A DNA stretch of 63,061 bases, counting the filler, from Sphacelaria rigidula (lineage: Eukaryota), in the NCBI GenBank assembly GCA_964200075.2. It is 10 parts of 10 records of this genome, joined end to end, with 100 filler letters (N's around TTAATTAATTAA, not from the genome) between each part and the next. Parts side by side here need not be neighbours in the genome. Positions count along the whole stretch, not along the records: positions 12,635 to 18,851 come from CAXNAA020021450.1; positions 18,952 to 25,167 come from CAXNAA020021451.1; positions 25,268 to 31,483 come from CAXNAA020021452.1; 7 more parts are not named here. One strand, 5' to 3'. A program made the translations under genes and the position numbers. This document shows, piece by piece, positions 12,690-25,325 of the stretch (positions are counted from its first letter, which is position 1; each line of letters begins with the position of its first letter). The notes below the pieces were generated by a model. It worked only from the letters and a program-made list of their open reading frames with translations. It did not search any database and was not told where the DNA came from.

Positions 12690-13036
12690 GTCTCCACACC
12701 CCGACACAGCCTCTTCCCCGACTCACAACTACCTGTGCCCGACGACTCTCTCGTCGTCGGACTGCCCGTCCATCGCCTCGACACCCTTGTAGCGGTTTTG
12801 GCCGACCGTGCACGCCTGCAGCGCTGAGCAAAAAGTGTCACGAGTACCGTGCCCTAATTTCGGGCGGCACATCGACTCGACACCACGACATTCCGCTCAA
12901 CGTCGCGAGCCTGCAGAGTCGGCCAACGCCGCTACAAGGGTGTCCACGCCATGGACGGGCACTCCGCCGACAACAAAGTCGTCGGGCACAGCTGGTTGTC
13001 AGTTGGGGAAGACACGCTGTCTCGGGGGGTCAAGAC
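12690..13036. mobile_element. Foldback / long-TIR element (about 140-bp imperfect arms)
   Basis: The left arm CTCTTCCCCGACTCACAAC..TGTGCCCGACGACT..GACACCCTTGTAGCGG..TGGCCGAC is the reverse complement of GTCGGCCA..CCGCTACAAGGGTGTC..AGTCGTCGGGCACA..GTTGTCAGTTGGGGAAGA. Confidence 0.85.
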
Positions 13037-15075
13037 CGGAACATGTTACGCCGTTTGTTCTTGTACTACTCTTCTTGCCGTGTGGAAAGTGCTTCCACAC
13101 GGCAAGAAGAAAACGTACGTTATGTATCGCCTAGGAAAGAGCGGGCGGAGGGGGTACGGTAGTGATTATCGTTCCCCCCTCCCCCCATTTCAAGCGACAA
13201 GTTGATATTTTGTGATGTATTCCATCGTACCAGCATCAACTGTGTGATACGCAAGATCGAGAATACATGGCATGTGGATCGATGTCACCTTGACATCGCA
13301 CGCTTCCAGGGGCACGACTACAACACCGTGCACCCCTGCGTGAGGTGCTGAGGTTGTAGCTGTGCGGCCAGTGTGGTCAACCCCGAGCGAAATGCCTTTC
13401 ACGGTCAATTACAAGTTTTTTTCTTTATTATTCATTCAACTTACGCCTCACGCCCCACACACATCACACAACATTTCCAACGTTCAACAGCAATATCTAT
13501 CGCACTGGTACGGGTCCACACCTTTGCGGCACACATCGAGCGCATACTGTGCTTGGAACCTTGAAGTTGTTGGGACATGAGGTGCGTCATCTGTTGCAGA
13601 CTGTCGGGTATACCGCATCGATACGTGTGTGCATGTGTTCGGCACACATCGAGTACTGCCTACGGATTTGGGCAAATCTGGGGAGATGTGGCTGTGGATC
13701 TTGGGGAATGTGGTTGTAGAAAGTTGTGAGGGAAATGGTGGGTGTTCAGCCTAGGGATGGAGATGAGATGGGATGTTGGAAATGTGGGAAGATGTGGAGC
13801 GTGATTCCTTGGGAGATATGGTTGTGACTCCTCGGGGGGTATGGGTGTGAAACGTAGGGAAAAGGAAAAGAGAGAATGGAAGAGGGAGGAGAGAAAGACA
13901 GAGAGACAGAAAGACGGAAGAAACATTGAAGAGGAAGACAGAGACGAGACCCTGATCGAGTCCAGGTTACACATGCGAGCAAGCAGATGAGCAGCAACAC
14001 CGATACAACACGAAAAACAACAGAACGCAAGCAAGCACGGGTGGCTTCGACAGCCGTGAGCCTGTGACGGCTGCTACAGTAAAATTACGGGATACAAGAA
14101 AAACAAACATCATGGACTACAGTACGACACAGAACCCACACCCTGGACCAAAGGATACACAAGTCAAAAAGTGTACTGCGTACAGTATCGACTATCGAGC
14201 CGATTGCAACACATACTGTACGCAATACATTTTTTGACAATAGAGTCCATCGTGCAGGGTGTGATCGAATCACAAGACTTACACAAGAGCAGCTTACAGG
14301 GACAAACCCACAATCCGATACTCGACCCTCTTTGGTGATACAATCCATACCCGTCATGCCGCGATGCCCAAGTCCAGCTCTTCACCACGAACAGCGGCCA
14401 CAACTGCTTTTCACCTGCTATTCAACAACACGAGGGAAAATGGCGAGCGTTAGTTTCCATACCTCAGACGTTGGCGCATCACCCCCTCATCATGACGTAC
14501 GACTCTCGCCAGGTCCAACGATGGAGCCCGCCGCGCAGCGGTAGACACCACACCAGCTGTGGAACGGTGGGCAGTCAAAAAACGCCAGGCGCGGTGACAA
14601 ATGGGAAACAGCAGCGTACAGTGGTCAGGGGTTTGGCGAGCAAATTTCGTCTAGGCCAGAACGTGCCAAAACTTGTCGTCACCATGATGAAAAAGCACAT
14701 CACAGGGATACAACCCATGCAAACAACATCGCCTTCAAAATATCCATCACGAACGTGAGATAAAAAATGAGAGGAAACGTCCGACAGTCTGTTGAAGCAG
14801 CATACCCGAATGGTTGCAGAGAAAAACGTCAACCGTGAACCGACACCACGTTTGCCGTTCGAGACTAGCTTTACGTCTGCCTCCACGTACCAACACTTAT
14901 TTGCAGCCTGTACACCTCCTGCACATCCAGTCAAGCTTGCATCGGGACGGACGTCTCGAAATCAAGCCACCTCTCGCGTCGACAAGGCCCTCCAGGGAAC
15001 CCTTGTGCCGGCGTGAATCACACACATCTTCTACAATAAAACAAACACATCAATCGCGTTCTTCTCACCTCTAAA

Positions 15076-16236
15076 CTACGATCGACGCCGAGGTGCACGT
15101 GCCGTCGGTGCTTTTTTTTGCGCTCCCGCTCGTCGCCCCGTCGATGATGACTGCTTGCGAGCCGAAACGCCCGACGACGTAGAGCCAACGTCCGAACTGG
15201 CTTGACGTTGCACTCGTGTCGACCGTCGTACGTTTCGTGCGGGAGCCGCTTGCTCACCACCGGCACCGGCTTCAGCTCCTGACGAAGGCGCGGCTGCTCC
15301 TGCCAGGCGATCCCTCACTCGTTGAGACCGCCTCCGGCATACAACTGGCGCAGGGGCTACAGCCACAGCAGACGTGTTTTGCCCTGCCGGCGCAGGGCAA
15401 GAAGCCAACACCAGAGACGAATCTCCATCACTCAAAGATCGGGCAGGGCTCCCTTGCGCTGGCTGCAGGCTTGCGCTGGGGATGGTCGCCTCCGTGGATG
15501 CGGGCGAAACAACCACACAAGGGGGGCATGGGCCAGCGTTTGCCAGTGGTGATCCGGCGCCCCCCACAGAACGGGGGAGCCAAGCCGAACGGAGGATCGG
15601 ACCCTGCACCCGGACACCGGCACCGACGCCCAGGCCGGCTGGTTCGGCAGCGCCCGCTGCTACAGGAGATGCCATGGGGGGCGTTGCCCGGTCAGCGACC
15701 TCCGGACTAGAGGAGGGGCGAACGGCTGCTTGTGGATGAGTATACGGATCCTGCCCCTCAACACCACCACCAGTGGCCTGCTGCCCGGATGATCGAGCAT
15801 CTCTTGTTGCCGAAGGAGGAGCTGAGGCTCGGGCATTGATTGCCAGGGCGGGTGCAGTGTCTGCCTCACAGAACATCGGCGAGTCGGCGAGCATTACAAT
15901 GAAGGATACCGCGAACACCGCCGTCCCGATCATCGAGATGACATACTCCGCGTACATGTCTTCCACGCAGTACCCGGATAGGTCAACAGAAAACCTCCGG
16001 CTTGGGAGCCAGTATGGCGTGCAGCTCCCAACCAACGGCTTATACAAAAAGCTATACAGCAACATTACTGAACAGGTCACCAAATAGGAGCTGAGCTCCG
16101 CCCAAATCAGGCACATCAGAGCACATGTCATGTTTGACCAACAGGCCTTGAAGGCAAGTATCATCTCGTTCAGAGACATTCTGCTAGTCGCAGAAAGAAC
16201 GTCTGTGATTCGAAGCCTGAACCAAGTACCAACCGT
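15076..16236 (-). CDS. Terminal exon of an unknown protein: hydrophobic (putative TM) segments followed by a Pro/Ala/Ser-rich linker and a basic tail
   Basis: Stop-free 415-aa frame; pyrimidine-rich acceptor ...CCACTTTGCCTTGAGCAG|ACG at 16237/16236; GC3-biased codons; ends KKAPTARAPRRRS*. Confidence 0.5.
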   Translation of the reverse strand, partial: TVGTWFRLRITDVLSATSRMSLNEMILAFKACWSNMTCALMCLIWAELSSYLVTCSVMLLYSFLYKPLVGSCTPYWLPSRRFSVDLSGYCVEDMYAEYVISMIGTAVFAVSFIVMLADSPMFCEADTAPALAINARASAPPSATRDARSSGQQATGGGVEGQDPYTHPQAAVRPSSSPEVADRATPPMASPVAAGAAEPAGLGVGAGVRVQGPILRSAWLPRSVGGAGSPLANAGPCPPCVVVSPASTEATIPSASLQPAQGSPARSLSDGDSSLVLASCPAPAGQNTSAVAVAPAPVVCRRRSQRVRDRLAGAAAPSSGAEAGAGGEQAAPARNVRRSTRVQRQASSDVGSTSSGVSARKQSSSTGRRAGAQKKAPTARAPRRRS

Positions 16237-16679
16237 CTGCTCAAGGCAAAGTGGAACGAAGCAAGGAGCGAAGCACAGATGGCTCGGTTCAGTTGTGGAG
16301 GCATGTGGCATGCACACGAACACAAGCCACGTGTTTCATGTGGTACGTATATGGAGGCTTGTTGTTTATGTTACGGTTCGTACGTCATTCAGTATTTCAA
16401 GCTTTGTGATTGATCGCCTGCCACACTTTTCAAAAGTTGATGTGACGCTTCGAGTGTCATATTACGCCCGTACAACCGTGAGTGATCGTGGGATTGAGGA
16501 CGTGTTCTAAAATTTCAAATTTCAAACGTCTGAGGGTGATATGGAGGCGTGTCTCTCTTGTCTGTCTCGAGCTTTGTGATTGATCAAATAGACACAAATC
16601 TGCAAATTGATGTGACGTTTCGACTGACATATCGCGCCCGTACGACGTGAGGCATTCCCGGCCATTTCAACCTGTCTGG

Positions 16680-17044
16680 GTGTGTGTGTTATCGTCTCAT
16701 CTAGTCTGGACGCCAGTCTGCACCTTTCGGTACATGTGGGCGCACCAGTCGCGGTCACACAGAAGGAAGGTCAACACAGGAGTTTTTCCTGTTTTATTTG
16801 TTTTGAGATATCCACCTTCCTTCTGCGGCGCTTGTCTTTATTTTTTATCGCGAGACGGGTTCAGCAGTCCCTTTCCCTCGTCGACTGTTGAGTGGAATTT
16901 CATTCTTTCGTGTACCCACGATAGAGTCCCTCTCCACTGTTGGGCATGGTGTGGGGAAAAATCTCGCATTCCACCGAGACTTGCACCCACGACCCAACCG
17001 TCAGAAGGTTCCGAGGTTACCAACTGAGCCACCGGGGCGACCCG
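16680..17044 (-). mobile_element. tRNA-derived SINE family A, copy 3
   Basis: Reverse complement head GTCGCCCCGGTGGCTCAGTTGGTAACCTCGGAACCTTCTGACGG; full body and (AC)n tail. Confidence 0.88.
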
Positions 17045-17557
17045 TTTGAATACGACCAAAAATGGAACAGCACCAAGGCTTCCCAGGTGGTCCCCCACTT
17101 CATAATAGTGCTAGCCTGACCCGCCGCCGCTCGACTTCACAGAGCAGATGGGATGTGGTGCTATCGACGTGGTATGGCTATTCTTCAGCTAAACATCTAA
17201 AAGACTACTTCGTGTAACTTTTCGAGATTCATATTGCCCATGTACGATTGCGATGATTGTGAGGCACGTGTTACTGTGAGCGCACAAAGCAAGGATTGGA
17301 TGAATCGAACAGCAAAGTAGTTGAGGGCGGGCACGTCTTCTTCATTGGCACATTTTTTCTCGATGTAAGAAATGGGGCGGTGGATTTGATCCGAGCGATA
17401 TTCACTCATTTTCCTCGAGTTGGGTCCAAGCGAATTTTCAGGCTTTCGATCGAAGAAAGAGAAAAGACAGCGAAATTACGTGAAACAAACAACGCGACCC
17501 ATGGTCACTCGTACACAGTACTACAAGAGTACGGCAGTCTGTACTGTCTGCACTGTA

Positions 17558-18607
17558 TAGTTGTCACCATCAGAAGTCTTCACAATTCGTAGTTGTTGTA
17601 GTTTTGACTTTTTCTCGAGTACTATTCTTCACTACTTGAAAGTGCTAGCGCCGGTAGATGTATGTAGGGGGAAAGCGTAGGCCGCGCTCAAACTGCAGTG
17701 CCCAGCTTGGTGTTTTTGCGGCGATACGGACTAGATACCCCGTCTATCAGGAGGGTAACATTGACCGTTTTTCGTCCATTAAAAACACTTTTTTTCCGCG
17801 GCTCTTCCGCAACAAAACGGTAAATATTCAGAGAAATGAATATAATATACTTTTGCGGATGGCGTCTTTTTGTTTGTTTTTTCGCATAACGTTCTCCATG
17901 AGCACTCGCAAGTGCTGGCGTCGATAGTTTTGGCAAAATAAGTGGACCGTGCTCGAATCACAGTGCCCAACTTGGTGTTGTGGGGGTGATACGGACTAAA
18001 GACGATGTTTGTCAGGAGGGTGTTATCGACCGTAAAGAGTCCAAACAACATAGTTTTCCGGCTTCAGCGCAGTGAAGAGGTGAAAATTGAAAAAAAAAAA
18101 AAACATTTTCGAGTCCTCTCTTATATGATCGGGATCGAGTCGGTCCATCGAAAATACCGAAGAGCTAGAACCTGGGGTTACACTTTTGCAGGACCCTCGA
18201 AGATTGATCAAGCCCCTATGTCACCCGATATTGATCGCAGATATTTTTTCTCTTCATATTTGTCAAGATGGATATAATATCTCCAGACGCCCATTTCTTG
18301 GCATCCAACAGTCAGGCCGTGTCTTACCAAATTGATTCCGTGTCGAAAACGTGCGGTCGAATCGAATTCGCTCATTTCTGATTCGTCTACGCACTATTGA
18401 TTTTCTCAGATGGTTGAGAACATGATGAATGCCGTGGACGTATCAGGTACAAGCAAATTCGATTCCACCGTACATTTTCGAGTCGAAAACGATTTGATAA
18501 GACACCGCCTGACTGTGATGGGCGATGGCAAGCGAAACGAATTATTAGGAAAATCTTTGAGAAACGAAGAAACTACAAATTCTGCATACTTCTCACGCTG
18601 ACTACTG
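17558..18607. mobile_element. About 1.05-kb TA-flanked non-autonomous DNA transposon related to the 550-bp CAGTAGT MITE
   Basis: TA flanks at 17556-57 and 18608-09; imperfect ~39-bp TIRs (about 30/39 by eye, CAGTAGTCAGCGTGAGAAGT...); two internal copies of the CAGTGCCCA..ATCAGGAGGGT..TGACCGT block; internal hairpin at about 18310-18515. Confidence 0.7.
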
Positions 18608-18951
18608 TAATAATGCCACCAACGGCACCTGGCACTCTCGCTTGTGTACAAGTTGGAGCAGACCACGAGCTGCCTGGCACTGATAGTAGATCCATCCTGT
18701 ACGGTTGACGACGTCAAGTATATACTACTGTTGTTGTACTGTATCATGATCATGCATGCCATAGTCATTCATATGACCATTGCCCTCGCATCACTACAAA
18801 GCCGGGACGGAGCACGCCGGGTTTTCGCCGGACCAGGCTCGCACTCAGTCANNNNNNNNNNNNNNNNNNNNNNNNNNNNNNNNNNNNNNNNNNNNTTAAT
18901 TAATTAANNNNNNNNNNNNNNNNNNNNNNNNNNNNNNNNNNNNNNNNNNNN

Positions 18952-19125
18952 CAAACCCGGCACTACTGAGGGTACACAACCGTTCAAAACCGGCCCTACT
19001 GAGGGTTATCTGTCAGTAGTGCCGGGCGGCACTACTGCGAGCTCTGGCTGTGCCCGGAGGTTTTACCGGCATTACATAGGTCGTTGGCACTATTCAACCG
19101 GCACTACTGAGAGCCCCCCACTGTG
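18952..19125. repeat. Cluster of CCGGCACTACTGAG-like motifs in both orientations (transposon subterminal-type repeats)
   Basis: At least six degenerate copies within ~170 bp at the contig start, one of them inverted (CAGTAGTGCCGG). Confidence 0.6.
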
Positions 19126-20151
19126 TATTCGATTCACCACAAAAAAGCACAGGTTGGTGCATCACCGAAGACGTTCACTTAATCGAATGATCTCCTCGAG
19201 ATGTTTCCAACGATACGACTGTCCCTGTCGGTAGCATCGTAGTCAGTAAGCATCGTGCTGTCCGGTAGCCGAGTTTGAGCATATTATATTCCCACACACG
19301 GCGGCCTTCGGAGCTGCATGGAGTAAACCAGTATGCAACACCGGAACAATTCGACTAAACAACACGCGTCCCTAGGACCAAAACACAGGATGCTCTACTT
19401 ACCAATGAACACCTCACACTTTTCGAAACAGAAATAATAATGCTACTACTAGAAGACATTTAAATTGTGCTGCTCGATGTCTCATGCACTTCACAACCCC
19501 CCTGCACTGAGTTACAAATGATAACAGACTTTCCATGTACATACGAACACCTTTGCGACGTGCTGAAAATATACAGGCGAAAACAAAACTGATTATTGAA
19601 TTCCGTCAAAACTTCCACCTCTACATATAAAAAAGCCTGAAGTTGTCAAGTCATTACGCAGAGAGTATAGCATGTGCTATACCGCACTTTGCCGTTTCTC
19701 TAGCAACGAGCAAGGTCATGCAACATTCATCACACCGCGCACCATCACCAAGCATCATGTACGCAACAGGTATTCGGACCCGGCGATACTGGAATCCGGT
19801 CTTCATCTACCCCATCTCGCCACTGACCGTCGTACTTGTCACCACCAGCATCATCACGGAGGCGGCCCTCAGCGGCAGCTGAAAGCAGCATGCGAAAATA
19901 TCAAGCAAACGTATCATGTACCGCCGTGTTACTATGCGGTACATGTACCCGTGTTGGCACAAGAAACAGTCCGCGTATTGTATCGCACTACCGACCATCG
20001 ACGACAGTTGCAGGTTTATTGGGGTAGCCCTCGCGTTCGTCATGAACAGCGGCTACCGCCGACAACTTCCAATACATCGTAGCGAAATCAACGAAGACAC
20101 ATATACGCGCATGTACCTGCGCAAACTGCGCATAGGTTTGCATGCCTCGTT

Positions 20152-20655
20152 TCACCGTCTGCCGTCGACAACACCACCGATAGTGGTCTCATCCCTGCTA
20201 TCGTCGTCGATAGCAGCAGCTGACAACAGTCCACTCCTCGGCTGCGATACTACGCCAACCCCTTGCCGCGTTTCCCCGCCTCCCCCCTCAGCATCACCTA
20301 CGCCGACGAACCCCGCAACGGATGCTTCATTGAAACCACCGCTTACACGCCCAATAAACCTTTCAGAATTGCCATCTCCCCGAGGACATGAGCTTCCATT
20401 GCTCTCACTAATAGCCTGTCCGCTCTCGCTCCAGTCTCCATCAGCGGCCACACCATCAGTAGCGTTGCCAAAAGCGTTGGTTTCTTCAAGTACCATGGCG
20501 GCTCGCTCCTGCCGCTGCTGTCGCTGCCACTGTCTTAGTGGTTGCTGCTGCTGTTGGACATCCTGTTCGCGCAGTGCAGTCCAAGACGCCATGGCCGCTG
20601 CGTCTTGCTCTTCCTGTGACGCGTAAAGCAGTGACTGCCCCTGTGGATTCATCCT
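20152..20655 (-). CDS. Probable terminal exon of the same gene (RMNPQGQSLLYASQEEQ...VVDGRR*)
   Basis: Pyrimidine tract and TTCAG|AGG acceptor, phase 0 matching the upstream donor; Q/G/E/S-rich open frame. Confidence 0.6.
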   Translation of the reverse strand, partial: RMNPQGQSLLYASQEEQDAAAMASWTALREQDVQQQQQPLRQWQRQQRQERAAMVLEETNAFGNATDGVAADGDWSESGQAISESNGSSCPRGDGNSERFIGRVSGGFNEASVAGFVGVGDAEGGGGETRQGVGVVSQPRSGLLSAAAIDDDSRDETTIGGVVDGRR

Positions 20656-21321
20656 CTGAATTTGTGCATGTTGGAGAGCGGTACATGCACGCAAGCAGGA
20701 TGGAGAAAGCAAGGGATGAAAGGGTGAAATTTAAAGCAGGCAGGCTCGAATATAGCGTATACAGTAGCAATACGGCCTTCTAGTATATATATTCCATATC
20801 GTTCACTTCTGTTTTCATCACCTATAGCTGTTGGAGAAACACATCGGGCACCTTTACAACAACAATAGCGTGCACTCTAGACGAAAAACGTTCCAGAGTA
20901 CACAAGGATTGGTACGTGTAAAATAGAAATTCTGCGGGGAGTAAAGGCCTTTGTTCCTGGCTGCCATTCCCGCAGCTTGTATCCAATGTGAATATGAGAC
21001 GCAATACACGAGTACATTTGAACACTTGTCACTTGGTCAAACGTTCAACCGTGAATTCCCGTGTCGCACGAGAAAAAAACAAGTGATTTGACACTTGCTC
21101 CCGTGGAGACTCATGACAGCACCCCACTCCGACACATGAAACGAGCCGATAACTCTCAGTCAGCGTCGCAGCATTACCATCAGCGAGTACGCCAAAATAC
21201 GTTCAACAGCGCGCACGCCGCAACAGCAAACAACGCTCCCGTACTACCCTTACGCTTATCATGCTCATCGTTTCACCTCCAACTCTAACCCCCAAGCACC
21301 CCGGACGCAACCGACACTCAC

Positions 21322-21580
21322 CGCACCACTTGAGATGATGGACCTCCCTCCTCTGTGGTGAGCCTGGGGCACATTCGTCGTACCACCACCATCATCGGGA
21401 AATCTCGACAACGAGGCACTGCTTTGGCGGGAAACTTCGGACGCGTCTACCCCATCATCGCTGGCGCCACCGGTATGCGCAACCCCGCTGGATATTACTC
21501 TGCGCCTTAGATCGCCGGCGTTTGGGGCTGAAGATCGTACAGATTGGACTGATGTATCCATCGCAGATGTTGACGTCTCC
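21322..21580 (-). CDS. Next exon of the same minus-strand gene (disordered C-terminal region, ETSTSAMDTSVQ...IISSGA)
   Basis: AACAG|G acceptor, perfect GCG|GTGAGT donor (phase 0), open frame. Confidence 0.65.
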
Positions 21581-23032
21581 CTGTTACGTGGCTCTGTTCG
21601 AATGCCCGGGAAAATAATTATTACGTTTACACGAACCAGTGGGGAATAGTTATTTTCATAGTATGACGGCGCGCGGCTCCTCAGTCAGGACCGGTTCGAT
21701 ATTTGGACTTGGCATTTGCTGTCTATTTGGTTCAAGGACGCGAAAAACGATCGTCACAGGAAGAGTTGATCGACACGACGATGTTGATGGCCTGTGCAGC
21801 TAGGCGGCGATGTACAGGTGGGACGGTTCGGTTATCTGGCGAGACACCAAGAGGGATGGATCATGAGAACCACCGTATCCGAATTGATTGCGCGGGAGAC
21901 ATATCTCCGGATAACGCGCCACCAAGGCAGTGGACAATGTCCTGATTATCCAGTTTCCGGATATATCAATTGCCACGTTCACCTCGTGCGGCCAAGAAAA
22001 ACAGCTGCAATGCCGGTCGCCAGCGGTGCGACCAAGAGCTGTGCGCGTTGCAGACAAGACGCTTTTTTCTCTTGATATTTGGTACCTCTTGACCCAACCT
22101 CCGTAACAGATGTTGCTCGCCAGAGACACACTCAGCAGTCGAATGACATAAGTTGTTGACCAACGCGAGTTGCTGCACATTTTTACTATTTGGCGGCTAA
22201 CGAAAAGCCTCGGATGGTTGAAAATCATTCTCTCGTCGAGCATAATGCCATTGAAAACAAGGACTCCTACAACGTCGAAGGGAAATAGGCAAGGGATGGC
22301 ATATATCGTAGCTCGATTCCCCCCCCTGCTGCCGCCTCTGTCCCCAATCCGTTCGGGCCGCAAACGATAACGTTCCACATTGGTCGAACGGTAAGCTCAA
22401 ACCACGTTCAAGGTACCTGCAGCAATAGCAAATTTCAACTAGCGCCCGTGCATTATCATGAAATGATATGATCCTCTCCTATTTCTTTTCCATGGGGCAT
22501 GCGGTAATGGTGTTTAAGTAACTCCACAATTCCGTCGATATCTCCTCTTCCATAATCATCACATGAAGCCCATCTCTTTCAGTCGCTTCCAATCCTTTAC
22601 AAGTAGAGCAACGCATATATCCTTACTCCGACTTCAGTCGACATTTTGAAAAACGCCGAGTCGACATCAGTTTCGGAAATCTGACCACCTGGCTACCTGA
22701 CTACTTGGATTGAGAGTTACATTTTCTTTTTGACGAAAGGAAAACATGGCTTCGTGTCACGCCCCACAGGTACAATCAGCATGCTCCTGGTTATTCGCCA
22801 TATCCAGCGCAGTGTCTTTTTTGGAAACGCTGGCAATCCGTCTCGTCCCGATTGCTCGCCAAATCCACATACAGTAGGTGTACCACATGCTTGCAACGCT
22901 CCATTCCAACAAGTTGCAACGTACAGCATGTGTACAAAATGTTTTCAACGCTCTATTTGCACGAGTTGCAACATTCAATCTCTCGACGCCACTCGTTAGT
23001 ACAGCAGGAGGCGAGGCGCTCGTTTTTCTCAC

Positions 23033-23234
23033 CGGGCTGTCTGTACGCCAAGGCCGTCGTAGATCTCACCCCTCTGCTGGGGCTCCTCAATGTGGGAGCC
23101 GATTGGTCCAATTCCATGAAAAAAAACAGGTAGCAGAACCCGTACACCATGACTTCGAGGGAAGCAATGAAAACTACGCCAACGATGAGCGTGGTGTAGA
23201 ACCAGTCGTGCATCAGCCACGGAAGACCCTTCAA
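23033..23234 (-). CDS. Probable seipin (lipid-droplet biogenesis protein) exon encoding the second TM region
   Basis: Acceptor CTGCAG|TTG; LKGLPWLMHDWFYTTLIVGVVFIASLEVMVYGFCYLFFF resembles the seipin end-of-lumen/TM2 motif (G-L-R-Y/W-L-M-Y-x-W/F plus hydrophobic helix); donor G|GTGAGA. Confidence 0.55.
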
Positions 23235-24403
23235 CTGCAGTTTGTAGTGTGGAAGATGGGGTAATTCAGGGGTTATTTGGGTGGAGAAGAAGTAGCGATG
23301 TTTAGACCATCATATTGGGGTTGGTTTCCTGTGGATTGCTCAGTGAATGCCTACACTTCGAGTCAGTGTAAGGATCCGGGGATATATATGCTTTGCTTTA
23401 ATGGCGACGGTGAGCGATTAGCGCTTGGGCGAACGTCAGACTGAGATATCACGAGCTGATTCGATTGAAGGGTCCAGATCTAGGGATTGAGTTTATCCCA
23501 CCGGACAAACAGAAATGGGGTGGGATTTATCGTAGAAGACACGAAAGCATTACAATCGTGTCAGCACAGAAACCATGATCAACACGGCTATCCGCTGGAG
23601 GGAAAACTGGTCAACTCCACGTGGAAATATCTTCAAAGAGCACCCGAATAATCGGAGAATAACACTCCGGAAAAAAACAACTCACGCAAAACTCTTAGCT
23701 CCCGAGGGCTCTGACAGCAAGTGGTGTGCTATTTGCAGAAACGGCATGAATCACATCTCAAGCAACAGTCAACCGCGCTTCTGATGTTTCGATGTTTACC
23801 TGGGGAGTGACGTGGACTGAGGCCCGGTAAAACTGCGCCTTGTTGCTGGAAATGGTCACGCGAGCCTTGGTCAGAGGATGCGACGCATTCTCCTGAAACA
23901 ACAGTGGGGAATGTACAAAACGTGTGTTCAGCTTCGCAGCACACTCTATGCGTGCGCTGTTTCAAAACGACTACCGACAAAAGTCGAACGGTTTTACAGT
24001 ACTCATGTCGAGATCCGAAAACGCGGCAAAGAAAAACGCAGCTGGGTGGATCTTCTGGTAACACGAAGGTTGGGTGAAGCCTCGAGAAACGGCTGTCCTC
24101 CTAGCAAACACAATAGTGCGCTGTACTGGATTTTTCTTGTGTTTTCAAGCCGATGATGGACTGTATCGGCCCACAATGTACCCACAAAGCTCCCAGTGGC
24201 TTTTCGACAGTTGGCTAGATTACCAGACAACACCGACAGCAGTGTCGCCAGCGCACAAAAATGATCTGCAGGATACCCCCATTTGTTGTATGCCCTACCC
24301 CTCAGCAGTCTGGAGGGGTGCCAGCATCCACAAGTGGCTCCCACTCGGAATATTTCAGCGCAAAATAAAGAAATACAGTACGCAGCCCGACACTATCAGC
24401 ATA

Positions 24404-24443
24404 TATTATTATTATTATTATTATTATTACTATTATTATTATT
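24404..24443. repeat. (TAT)n microsatellite
   Basis: Direct reading. Confidence 0.9.
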
Positions 24444-25267
24444 TCCGCAAATATATGTCGTGAAATTCGGCATACAGGAGGCACGGCCGATCAGTAGTAA
24501 GCTGCACGGTATCCAGGGTACTACGTCACCGTTAGCTACTACTTCTGCTGCTATGTGAAACATAGCGTTGCTTCTTGCTACACCACGGTCGTAGGGATGA
24601 GAGTCGTTGTCGAAGGTGATCATGAACTGCAGGCCAAAAGTCTTCGTGTGGACGAAAACCCTCTGGAGAAGGGTGTGTCGTCCAGTATGTACAATACAAT
24701 AGTATGATACAGTAGCAACGTGTATAATCTACTGAAGATGGGGAATGAATCATACCCTGGGTGTTTGGCGTCTCGATCCTCCACAAAAACATTTAATTGC
24801 CCGCCAAAATGACGGCTTCCTCTATCTCAAACCCCAGTGAAGGACCCACAGAATACCCGTTCAGGAAGACGGGTCACATCACTTCTGCATAATTTTACTC
24901 TTGTAGGAGCCCGCCACAAACACTACTGTTGGCAGGTTGTCTGTACAAGACGGCGCTTTTTTGGCTAACACTTCCTCTGTCCCATAAGTCTGCGCAGTTA
25001 TGTTTATACGAGCCCTTAACGGTGTCCGATTCGATTTTCGATTTTTTTATTGCATTCGTTGGCGTTTATTGGGCTATAAACAACACTCTCTTTACAACGT
25101 AGGTGCTCAACGCGTGCAGTCTCACGGTCGAGAAAAAGTAGGTCGGCCAAAAAACGGCAATTTTTCGNNNNNNNNNNNNNNNNNNNNNNNNNNNNNNNNN
25201 NNNNNNNNNNNTTAATTAATTAANNNNNNNNNNNNNNNNNNNNNNNNNNNNNNNNNNNNNNNNNNNN

Positions 25268-25304
<37 letters not shown>

Positions 25305-25325
25305 TTTTTTTGTTTTGTGTTTTTT

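Noticed and set aside
19745..19880. MORN-like motif GDKYDGQWRDG on the minus strand
   Set aside because: Single partial motif lacking the closing GxG, and no strong phase-compatible donor links it to the upstream exon.
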